Below, piece by piece: positions 22,097 to 31,570 of a DNA stretch of 32,000 bases (within the stretch, counting starts at the first letter, position 1; each line of letters opens with the position of its first letter). The notes beneath the pieces are model-generated. The model was not told the DNA's origin, searched no databases, and saw nothing but the letters and a program-made list of their open reading frames with translations. A program made the translations under genes and the position numbers. Source of the stretch: Mycoplasma mobile 163K (GTDB taxonomy: Bacteria > Bacillota_I > Bacilli_A > Mycoplasmatales > Metamycoplasmataceae). Location: assembly GCF_000008365.1 (NCBI RefSeq), contig NC_006908.1, positions 600,001 through 632,000 of the forward strand, read 5' to 3'.

Positions 22097-25000
22097 TTTA
22101 AAATTAGTAATATGGTTATTAATTTCATCTAAAATATTTTGTTTGTTCAAGTATCAATCAATTTTTTTTATAATTTTTATTGGGTATTTTTTAGATCTAA
22201 TAAAATTAATTTGATCTTTGTCACTTACATAATTATAGTATGATTCATGATAATAATAATCATCTGCAAAAACAGCTAATAAAACTTGTTTTGTATTTTT
22301 ATCCATAATTGCCAAATCAATATTTTTAGTTCCTATTGTATAATTAATTTCCATTTCATACATTAAAAGATTTAATCTTTTACTTAAAGCATCATGAATA
22401 TTTTGAATAAATTCTTGGTTATTTTTAACAAATAAATGTTCTGTTAAAGTTCTAGTGATTTCAGAAACATTAATATAATTTCTTTGCTCTTTTGCACTTA
22501 AGTCTAAAAAGTTTAATCACTCTCTAAAAATAAATAAATCTTCTGGAGCATTTAAAGCATTAATGTCTTTAGCGTAAATTGATTTAACAACAATCATCTT
22601 ATCTTTAGCTCGACTGATAGCAACATTTAAAGCGTTTTTCCCACCTTTTTTTGCAACATAAGTTGAATGTAGTTTTGTTGTTGAATCATATGAAACTGAA
22701 GCAATAACTAAATCAGCTTCATCTCCTTGAATATTTTCAATATTTCTTAATAATAATTTTTCATTCTGAATAGCTTCTTCTAAATCTGGCATTGATTCAA
22801 AAATAGTTTTTTCTAAAAGATTTTGCTGCGAAGAGTTAAAACATAAAATAATAATTTTTTCATGTTTTTTTAATTCCTTAGCAGTAATTTCTAAAACAGC
22901 TTCAGCTTCAGCATGATTTTCACTATTTTCTCATTTACCATTAATATTAACAACTTCAATTGGTAAAAAAGCTTTTTCAGAATTAATGTCCAAAACATCC
23001 AATTCACCTTTATAAAAATGTTTGCTACTAAAAGTCATTAAGGCAGCATAATTTGAGCGATAATTCTTATCTAATAAAACATTATAAGTACCTTTAGTTG
23101 TTGCATAATCTAGTAAACTATCAATTCCACTTAAAAAGTTTTCATCTTCACCTTCAAATTTTTGGGCAAATCATCTTGTTGGCTGCATTTGTTGATCATC
23201 ACCTGCAAGAATTTTAATTTTAGCTAAATATAGAACAGGAAGTCCTTTTTCTAAAAAGATTTGCGAAGACTCATCTAAAATTGCATAATCAAATTCTTCT
23301 TTTTGTCAATACTTTAAATCTGTTTCAGGAGTAGTAATGATAATTGGAAATAAAATTTTAATAATTTTATAGTGAATATTGATAAATTTTTGTGGAGTTA
23401 AAAAACCTTTTCTTACACTGACTGTAAATTCACTATAAAGTTTTTTATATTCATCGTCAAAATTTTTGATTCGATTAATAATATTTTTAAAAATTAAAGC
23501 TTGGATTGATTCAATACTTGTAATTTCAACATTATTTTCATCAAATTTATATTTTGAAAAATTAGCAATTCCTAAAAGATGTTCTTTTTTAAATTCTTTT
23601 AACCTTATAATGGTTTCATTAATATTACCTTGAAAATCTTTTAATTCTTCTTTAATAACATTAAAAAACTTTTCAGCTTCATCATGACTTAATTTATTTT
23701 TCCCACGTTTAATTTCATTGTTGACTAAAAAACTTTTAATAGCTCTTCTTTTGTTTTCTTCAATAATTAAATCATTGTAGTTATAAGCAGGATCAAGTTT
23801 TAAAAATGATTCTAAAGTATTAGGATTAATTGAACTTGAATTTTCACTAATATAGCCTAAAAGATTTAAAATATTATCAAAATTTTCTAACTTAACAATT
23901 TTTTCTAAAATATCAATGTATTTTTTTTCTTCGGGAGAAATAATTCTAATTGGATCTTGAATTTTTGGAGAAGTAAAATTCTCTAATTCATTAATGTATT
24001 GTTGTAATGGCAAATAAAATTCTTTTTTATCCATTCCTTTTCCATTCAAGACAAAAATACAAAATATACTTAAATCTTCTAAACGATTTCTTAAAACTTC
24101 TAAAGCAGCTTTTTTTTGACTAACAACTAAAGCTGTTTTTTTATAAACTAAAATATTAGCAATAATATTACTAATTGTTTGTGATTTACCAGTCCCTGGA
24201 GGCCCTCAAATAATTGTATTTTGTAATAATGAACTTACAGTTGCTAAATCTTGGGAAAAGTTAGTTCTTTGAATTTTATAAAAATTAAAACTATCCTTAA
24301 AAATTACTGAAAGCACTTTATTTTTATAAGAATTTTTATCAAAATCAATTTTTAAAATATCATCAATTTCATCACGGTCAATAATGTCTTGCAAATTTTG
24401 TCTAATTGAATCTCCTGAAGAATCAAAAATTCCTAAAACTACCCCACGATGAAATTCAATTCCTTTATTATTAATTTCTTCAGCTCTTTTGTTTATAAAA
24501 GGTCCATAAATTTCAGGTAATTGATAACCTAAATTTCATGCTCTCATTAACGAAGAAATAAATTCATCTGGAATAATTTTTTCTTCTGAATTTTCACGAT
24601 AATTAAAATTAGTCAAAAAACCTTCGCTTTTTAAAAGAAAAAATAATTTATGATTAATTTTATATTCATTACTTGCAGATAAAACTAAGCTACCTGCTTT
24701 AATATTTAAATAAGCTTCTCTTAAAAAAATTGGAGCATAATAAACTCTTTTTGGAGTTCTAAAACTAATAAAATGTGAAGCTAATTGTAAAGGTCAAATA
24801 TTTGATTCAGTATTAATTTCATTAGCTCTATTAATAAAAATTTTTCACTTTGAAATTCATTTTTGTCCTTTAGTTTCTCAAGAATCAATTAAAGATTTTT
24901 TAGCATTAACAAAATCATTTTGCAAAGCATTAACAATTAATTGAGATAATCTTTGGTTATTAGCATGATAAATCGCTTGAATTTCTTCAATAGTTCTTGC

Positions 25001-25267
25001 TTCAATCAAACGATCTATAATATAAGGGATATCAACATCTTTAATAGCAATATCTAAATCTTGTTTTTTAACAACATGAGTTTGTACTTCAATACCAAAT
25101 TTTAAAAACACATCAAAATAGTTTTCATTATCTATTTTGGTAAAAATTGTTGCATCTTTATTAGAAATACTTAGTAAATTGTTTAATAGAGAGCTATATT
25201 TTTTTCGATTTTCAATTATTTTTAATTTTGCTTCTTCTGAAAGATTTTGATTATCAAAGGTATTCAT
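22094..25267 (-). CDS. Large SF1 (Upf1-like, AAA_11/AAA_12-type) helicase with DUF4011-like N-terminal region and C-terminal Vsr/DUF559-like endonuclease-fold domain (1057 aa); Hhe-like architecture
   Basis: Five track ORFs (22154..22363, 22517..22792, 23306..24049, 24206..24394, 24878..25267) share one frame. I translated all four gaps and the 3' extension: TGA only, stop TAA 22094-22096. Motifs: Walker A WGPPGTGKSQTI (24182-24205), motif II ILDESSQ (23261-23275), AGDDQQMQPT, DKNYRSN, IQGDEADLVIASVSYD, NALNVAISRAKDKMIVV. The C-terminus reads NIDLAIMDKNTKQVLLAVFADDYYYH...IRSKKYPIKIIKKIDW. Confidence 0.85.
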
Positions 25268-25322
25268 AAAAAAATTATAATGAATTATTATTTTTAATTA
25301 AGAAATAAATTTAAAAATAGAA

Positions 25323-25691
25323 TTAAGACTTTTGAAGTTTATTTTCAAGTTCTTTTTGGATAGTTGGAGCACTATTTCCAACTACTAAAGAAATTTGAGT
25401 TGTATTATTTACCACTCCACTAATTCCTTTTAAATTTTTTACTTCATCAATTTTTACTAAGGAATTATCATTAATAGCAATTTTAACAATTTGATTTGAA
25501 GATTTAATTGATTTAATATTTTCTTTAGATCCTAAAGAATCAATTAAATCTTCTAATTTAAAACTAATTTTTGTAGAAATACTTAATTCTTTTTTGGGTT
25601 TAATTTGACGATATTTTCTTCAATAAAGTAAAATTAAACCGAAAGTAATAATAATTAAAAAAATATATAAAAACTTATCTTTTTTTGACAT
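25323..25691 (-). CDS. Small membrane-anchored protein with degenerate PTS EIIB(Glc)-like domain lacking the phospho-Cys (122 aa)
   Basis: Not in the track because of a TGA at codon 24. GGAGAGATT precedes ATG 25691-25689. The TM helix is FLYIFLIIIITFGLILLYW. LIDSLGSKENIKSIKSSNQIVKIAINDNSLVKIDEVKNLKGISGVV...ISLVVG aligns by eye with the EIIB pattern (GGKENI...CATRLR...GV.GV...Q.I.G). SSNQIV stands where the CATRLR active site would be. Confidence 0.6.
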
Positions 25692-25787
25692 AATCTCTCC
25701 TAAGTAAATGAAATTAAAACATTCTTGTATATATAATATAATAAGATAATAAGAAATTATTAAAAGAATTATTTTGAATGGAAAATT

Positions 25788-26789
25788 ATGGAAAATGATA
25801 AAAAAAGAGTTGTTAGCGCAATTACTGCAACAGGTTCTTTAACACTAGGAAATTATCTTGGAGCAATTAAAAATTTAATAAAGATGCAAAATGAATTTGA
25901 TTTATTTGTTTTTGTTGCAGATTTGCATGCTCTAACTAATGAAATCGATCCTAAAATTTTAGAAAAAAATCGGAAAGAGGTTTTTGCTTTATATTTAGCT
26001 TGTGGTTTAGATAATAGAAAAATTGCCTTATTTTTTCAAAGTGATATTTTATTTCATTCAGAAATGAATTGATTAATTTTAACGCAAACTAATTTAGGTG
26101 AACTAAATCGGATGACTCAATTTAAAGATAAATCTAAAGGTGTTAAAGCTGCTAATAATACAATTCAAGTTCCAACTGGACTTTTAATTTATCCTACTTT
26201 AATGGCAGCAGATATTCTTTTATATAATCCTCATTTTGTTCCTGTTGGTCAAGATCAAAAACAACATTTAGAATTAACACAAAATATTGCTAAAAGATTA
26301 AATTTTAAATTTAAAACTAATTTTAATATTCCTGAAGTAATTATTCCTAAAGTGGGTGCTAAAATTATGGACTTACAAAATCCTGAAAAAAAGATGTCAA
26401 AATCTTCACTTTCACAAAAAGGAACAATTTTTCTTTTAGATAAACCTACTGAAGCTTATAAGAAAATTCTTTCAGCAATAACTGATAGTGAAAATAAAAT
26501 TTATTATGATTTAAAAAATAAAAAGGGAATTAGTAATTTATTAACTATTTATGCTGGACTAAGTAATATTAGCATTACTCAAGCTGAAAAGATGTTTAAA
26601 GATGAAAACTATAAAACTTTTAAAGAAAGTGTTGCAACTAAAGTAAAAGAATTTCTTGAAGAAATTCAACTATCTTATAATACTTGAATTAATCAAGTAG
26701 AAATTGAAAGATATTATGGCGTTGAAAAAGCAAATGAAGTTGCAAAACAAACTATTTTAAAGCTTAAAAAGAAAATGGGACTTAAATAA
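25788..26789 (+). CDS. trpS: Tryptophan--tRNA ligase (333 aa)
   Basis: Track ORFs 25788..26072 and 26112..26687 plus a 3' extension, all in one frame and joined by TGA. Motifs: TGSLTLGNYLG (HIGH-like region), YPTLMAADILLY, VPVGQDQKQHLELT and KMSKS. Stop TAA 26787-26789. Confidence 0.95.
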
Positions 26790-27880
26790 TGATTGCTGAA
26801 CTAGAAATCATTTTCTATTCACAAAAAGGTGAAGGAGTAGGTTTTTATTTAAATAAACCTACTTATGTAAAAGGTGTCATTAAAGGCGAAAAAATTAAAG
26901 CTTTTATTTATTTAGAAAGTGCTTCATTTTTTAAAGCAAGATTAGTAGAGATATTAATTGAAAGTAAAAATCGAAATCATGATGTTCCTAAATTGCATTA
27001 TTTAATTGGTGGTTATGAATTATTACATATGAATAATACTGAACAAATTAATTTTAAAAAAGAAAGAGTTATTAATGATTTTAAAAAAATTGCTAATTAT
27101 GAAATTAGTAGCCTTGAATTAGTTCAAGGTAAAAAACTTTTACATTATCGCAATAAAATTACTTTACATTATGGGAGTCTTTATTTAGCTAATAGTAATC
27201 ATAAAATTAAATTAGCTAAATCTTTACTTACAGATATTAATTTAAAAGCAAATAAAAAAGAAGCAGAGTGAATAATTCGAAAATTAGATACCCAAATTGA
27301 AGGAACAAAGCAAACTAAAATTTATACAACAGATAAAATGAATGGAATTACTTTTAGAGTTGGGCTAAATTCTTTTTATCAAGTAAATAAAGAAGTAGCT
27401 AATCTTATTTATAATCAAATTAGTGAATTTATTAATTTAAATGAAAATGTTTTAGATCTCTATTCCGGAATAGGAACAATTAGTCTTTTAATTGCTGCTA
27501 AAGCTAAAAGTGTTACTGGAGTTGAAAGAAATTTAGATTCAATTGAAGATGCTAATTTTAATAAAGAATTTAATAAAATTAAAAATGTTAATTTTATTCA
27601 TCAAGATGTAATTAAATATTTAAAACAAAATAAAACTTATTTTGATACAGTTATTGTCGATCCTGCAAGAAGAGGATTAGAAGAAGATATTATTGAATTA
27701 ATTTTAAAACTTAAACCACAAAAAATTATTTATCTCTCTTGTAATGTTGGAACTCAAGCATCTAATTTTAATAAATTTAAGCATGAATATCAAATTGAAT
27801 TTATTAAATCTTATGATATGTTTCCACAAACATATCATATTGAGTCATTGATGGTGTTAAAAAAATTAAATAAACAGTAA
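26789..27880 (+). CDS. TrmA/RumA-family SAM-dependent RNA (uracil-5)-methyltransferase (363 aa)
   Basis: Track ORFs 26789..27271 and 27338..27880 share a frame across TGA. The N-terminal part is TRAM-like. Motifs: FYQVN, DLYSGIGTISL (SAM motif I), VDPARRG, and IIYLSCNVGTQASN (catalytic Cys). The ATG overlaps the trpS stop (TAATG). Confidence 0.85.
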
Positions 27881-27941
27881 TAATTCGAATTATATTGATG
27901 TAAAATTTTGATATCAAATATAGATAGGACTAAAGTATTTT

Positions 27942-28799
27942 ATGGACCAAATAAAAGCAAGAACAATTGAAATTTTTCTACCAACAGGAGATTCCAAAGA
28001 AGTTTCTCAAGCAATAATTACAAATGAATCTATTAAAATAATATATATTTCAAAATCGGAAATAGAAAATCAAAAAAAGAGAATTAGTAAAATTCAGGGG
28101 TGTTATATATTGGTAGGAAAAGATGATGATGGGAGTGATTTAGCTTATATTGGGCAAACTGAAGACTTTTTTCAAAGATTAAATTTACACAAAAAAGAAA
28201 AGGAGTTTTGAGATGGTGTATATGTAATTCAAAATTCTTCAGATTCTTTTGACCAAGCTCACCTTAATTTTCTAGAAAAATTAATGATACAAGAAGCAAA
28301 AAAAGTGAAAAATTACAAATTAGAAAATGTAAAAGATGGAAATAATTTTTCGATTTCAGAGTCTAAAGAAAATGAATGTTATTTGTATTTTTCAACTATT
28401 AAAACTTTATTAAAAACACTTGGATTTGATTTATTTGTGCCTAATGTTGAAGAATTTGAAATAAACGAAGAAAATAAATTTTATTTTAAGGAAAAAAACA
28501 ATAATTTTAGCGGTGAGGCAATATTTGAAAATGACAAATTGATTGTTCTGAAAAATTCAATTGTTTCAAATGAAGAAAATGTCAAGGATAATTACATTCA
28601 ATATTTAAAATTTAGGAATAAATTAATTAATGAAGGTGTTATTCAAAAAAACAATGAAAATCTTATTTTTATTAAAGATTATCCTTTCAATTCTCCTAGT
28701 GTTGCAGCAGGTGTTATTTCTTTAAAAAGTAAAAATGGATGAGAGGTTTGAAAAAACATAGAAGGTGAATCATTAGATAAAAAATATAGACAAAAATAA
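27942..28799 (+). CDS. GIY-YIG nuclease domain protein with C-terminal DUF4357-like domain (285 aa)
   Basis: Track ORFs 27942..28211 and 28284..28742 plus a 3' extension share one frame; the gaps contain only TGA. The GIY-YIG region is GCYILVGKDDDGSDLAYIGQTEDFFQRLNLH...LNFLEKLMIQEA. The C-terminal FNSPSVAAGVISLKSKNGWEVWK matches the DUF4357 SPS...NGW..WK signature. Confidence 0.8.
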
Positions 28800-28888
28800 A
28801 ACAAAATCTAATTGAATTAATAAATTGCATAATGATTATTAAAATCAAAAGTAATTTAAGAATATAATTTATATAAAGGGAGGTAAAT

Positions 28889-29017
28889 ATGAATTCAAAA
28901 AATAACCAAAAGAGTAATGTTAATAACTCAAATAAAACAACTCCAGATAAAAATAATACAGATTATAAAAATAAAATTGACAACAAATCAAACCAAAAAA
29001 ATCCTAATAAAAAATAA
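28889..29017 (+). CDS. Putative small basic N/K-rich peptide (42 aa)
   Basis: MNSKNNQKSNVNNSNKTTPDKNNTDYKNKIDNKSNQKNPNKK. It is preceded by the strongest SD I noticed in the window (AAAGGGAGG, 6 nt before the ATG) and by TATAAT at 28863-28868. Its low-complexity composition makes it uncertain. Confidence 0.4.
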   Translation: MNSKNNQKSNVNNSNKTTPDKNNTDYKNKIDNKSNQKNPNKK

Positions 29018-29055
29018 ATTTTAATTTAATTAAATTTATTTAACTTTATATTTTT

Positions 29056-29086
29056 AAAATTTATATACATGTTGTATATAAATTTT
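29056..29086. repeat. Perfect 14-bp inverted repeat with 3-nt spacer (hairpin/operator or terminator of the small ORF)
   Basis: AAAATTTATATACA-TGT-TGTATATAAATTTT; the arms at 29056-29069 and 29073-29086 are exact reverse complements. Confidence 0.7.
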
Positions 29087-29143
29087 CATTTTAAACCAGA
29101 AAATGAATTTTACTTATTGTATACTCATATTTTAAAAATACCC

Positions 29144-29201
29144 AAATATGATATATTTATTAAAATATAATCAAAATATGATATATTTATTAAAATATAA
29201 T
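29144..29201 (+). repeat. Two-copy tandem direct repeat (28 nt identical, 30-nt period), each copy carrying a TATAAT box, immediately upstream of gene 29215
   Basis: AAATATGATATATTTATTAAAATATAAT at 29144-29171 recurs exactly at 29174-29201. TATAAT lies at 29166-29171 and 29196-29201. The second copy ends 13 nt before ATG 29215, with AAAGGA between. Confidence 0.9.
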
Positions 29202-29214
29202 GTAAAAGGAATAT

Positions 29215-29772
29215 ATGGTAAATCACACACAAGTAAATTCAAGCAATTCACATCCTATAAATAATGTTATAAGTTATAATGATAGAAGAAAATCAACTAA
29301 ACTTTTAAGAATTTCAATTATAAGTACAATTTTTGCTATTTTAACAATTGTATTTTCAATTTTAGCTTCTCAAAATTTATTAGTAATTTTTAATTCAGGA
29401 ATAAATACAGGAATAAGGAATTTATTTGATTTTATTGGAAATATGCCAGCTATTATTAGTGGTGCTACTACAGGTAATCTTAATATTCCTAATATTCCTG
29501 ATGTAAATGCTTTATTAACTTTAATAACAAATAATATTTCTGGAATTATTTCTGGATCAATATTTGCAATTTTAGGAATAATCTTTTTTATAATCTTTTT
29601 TATTCAATGAATTATTATTGTTATAAAAATCTTTATAACTCGTTGAGATTTAAAATGAGCTAGAAGATGAAGACTTTTATTTGGATTTCTTTCACTATTA
29701 ATAATTTTTTCTATAAGTGGAATTATTTATGCAAGCTTAATAAAACTCCTTTCAAGAAAATTGAATAGTTAA
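29215..29772 (+). CDS. Hypothetical small integral membrane protein (185 aa, about 3 TM helices)
   Basis: Track ORF 29215..29610 extends through four in-frame TGA codons (…FFIQWIIIVIKIFITRWDLKWARRWRLLFGFLSLLIIFSISGIIYASL…) to TAA 29770-29772. Hydrophobic helices: ISIISTIFAILTIVFSILA, GSIFAILGIIFFIIFFIQWIIIVI, LLFGFLSLLIIFSISGIIYA. Confidence 0.7.
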
Positions 29773-29774
29773 TT

Positions 29775-29799
29775 AAATATTGCTTTAGGCAATATTTTT
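29775..29799 (+). terminator. Intrinsic terminator after the membrane-protein gene
   Basis: AAATATTGC-TTTAG-GCAATATTT followed by TT. The 9-bp stem starts 3 nt after the stop codon. Confidence 0.55.
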
Positions 29800-29989
29800 A
29801 TATTCCGATAAAGTGCTTATTATTTAAGAAATACTATTTTAAAATTTATGAAATGAGCAAAAATGTTTTATCATTATATTTAATAAAAAGTAAAAACAAA
29901 ATATTTATTATTTCAACAAAATTAGTATGTAAAACATTAAATATAAAAGTTAAAAGATAATATTATCAAACAATAAGGGAAAATAAATT

Positions 29990-31570
29990 ATGATAAAAAA
30001 AATTTCTAACGATGCTACATACGAAATTTCATCAATTTTTTGTGGTGATAAAAATGAATTTTTTGAATATAAAACTCTCTCAAAATTATTTGAATTTTTC
30101 AATCATTATTTCAATATGAACGACTCTATAAATTTTTATACAGCAATATCTAGGAAAAATTATGTTAATGATAAATTAAAATGGTTAATTGAAAAAGATA
30201 AAATTAATGAATTTTTTGATGTTATTCTTAGTGTTGAATATATACAAAAAGAAGAAAAAGCATTTGAAATATCTGATACTGAAGCATTTGAAAAATCAAA
30301 AAAAATTCTTATTAAATTGAACAATATTTTTAAAAAAGATTTTTATTTAATTGTTAAAAAAAATAATAAATTTTATTTAGAGCATAAAAATGATGAATTA
30401 GTTACTTTAGGTTCAGGAGGGTTTGCTGAAATTTTTAAAGTTAACTCTTCTGGAAGAATTTTAAAAAAATTAAAAAAAGAATTTTGATTAGATAATAAAA
30501 TTGTAAGTAGATTTAAAAGAGAATTTGAGATAATGAAAGATATTCAAAATATAGATGGAATTATTAAAGTTTTTGATTTTTCCTCATCTGATAATAGCTA
30601 TACAATGGAATTTGGAGGAATTACCCTTTATGAACATGTTGAAAATAATAATTTTTCTGAAGAAATTAAATTAAAATATGTTGAAAAAATTTTGAATATA
30701 GTTTCAGAAGTTCATAAGAGAAAATATATTCATAGAGATTTAAGTCCTTCAAATATTTTTATAAATAATGAGAATATTAAAATTGCAGATTTTGGCTTAG
30801 GTAAAAATATTGATTTATTAAAAAATCATTCGCACAAAACAAATAGTACAAAAGATTTAGGACAAATGTATTATTGTGCTCCTGAACAATTAAAATCTTT
30901 AGGTGATGGAACTGCTAAAAGTGATGTTTTTTCTTTAGGTAAAATAATAAATTTTATTTTTAATAAATCGCCTCAGGAAAACGAACACATTTTGAAAAAT
31001 TTAGTAGAAAAATCTACTATAAACGAACCAGATAAAAGATTTTCTGACTCAACAGCGATGCTTTATTCTTTTAAAGATTCTCAAGACCTTTCAAAATATA
31101 AAAAAATTAAAGAAATTGCTTTGGAAAAAATTAAAAATTCAGAATTTGATGATAATGTTAAATTTTTTATCGATTTTTTATCCACGGAAGAAATTTCAAA
31201 ATATTTACTCAATAAAGAGTATCTTATTGATATTAAATTAGTTAATAGTAGTCTTTTAAAGTTTATGAATTTAAGTGAAAATAATGCTTTAAAAATAATT
31301 AAAGGAGTTGAAATGAAATATAAGAAACTATGTGAAATAGTTTCAAAAAGAGATAATGTTAAAATATTCGATTTATATGATAATTTCGCTCTTTTTTCTT
31401 ACATTATATTAAGTGAAAAAGAGGGTTTGTTTCCACTAGAAGTAAGAGAATATGCTGCAAACATATTGAAATATGTAGCATTTGATGTATGAAGATACAA
31501 AGCCCAGAATTTTATAGAGGAATTAAAATTTAATGATATTGATGAAACAACAAAAAATTTATTAAATTAA
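29990..31570 (+). CDS. Hanks-type Ser/Thr protein kinase with unknown N-terminal (~140 aa) and C-terminal (~210 aa) domains, no TM segment (526 aa)
   Basis: Track ORFs 29990..30487 and 30533..31492 plus a 3' extension share one frame and are joined by TGA. Kinase motifs in order: G-loop LGSGGFAEIF (~30407-30436), ILKKLKK (beta3 Lys), REFEIM (alphaC Glu), HRDLSPSN (30731-30754), ADFGLG (DFG 30788-30796), YCAPEQ (APE 30878-30886), SDVFSLG, DKRF. SD-like AAGGGA lies upstream. Confidence 0.85.

Noticed and set aside
24111-24118. Homopolymer tracts (T8/A8 at about 24111 in the helicase-nuclease gene; similar runs near 10731, 10941, 18141, 18905, 23933) as phase-variation switches
   Set aside because: Runs of 7-9 A/T are expected at this base composition. 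None is unusually long, and none sits at a gene 5' end with an alternative frame. No di- or tri-nucleotide microsatellites were seen.
7744-25267. The two UvrD-like helicases and the large SF1 helicase appear in the track as 3, 3 and 5 fragments, suggesting pseudogenes or a helicase graveyard
   Set aside because: All fragments of each gene share one frame. I translated every gap and found only TGA codons, never TAA or TAG. Several of those TGAs sit at conserved Trp positions. They are intact genes under code 4.
25692-25787. Possible T-box riboswitch leaders upstream of trpS (25692-25787) and asnS (31571-31669)
   Set aside because: The leaders are only ~96 and ~99 nt, too short for a T-box with its stem I, specifier loop and antiterminator. 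I see no T-box consensus (no GGUGG/ACCGCG-type element) and no terminator/antiterminator pair.
29144-29201. CRISPR array or minisatellite
   Set aside because: There are only two copies, directly abutting (30-nt period) with no unique spacers, and no cas genes in the window. It is better described as a promoter-region tandem duplication.
29148-29264. 39-codon upstream ORF starting inside the tandem repeat (MIYLLKYNQNMIYLLKYNVKGIYGKSHTSKFKQFTSYK) that overlaps the start of gene 29215 out of frame
   Set aside because: It has no SD, its sequence is dictated by the repeat, and it is short enough to stay open by chance. The overlapping frame that starts at 29215 has an SD and clear TM-helix coding potential.
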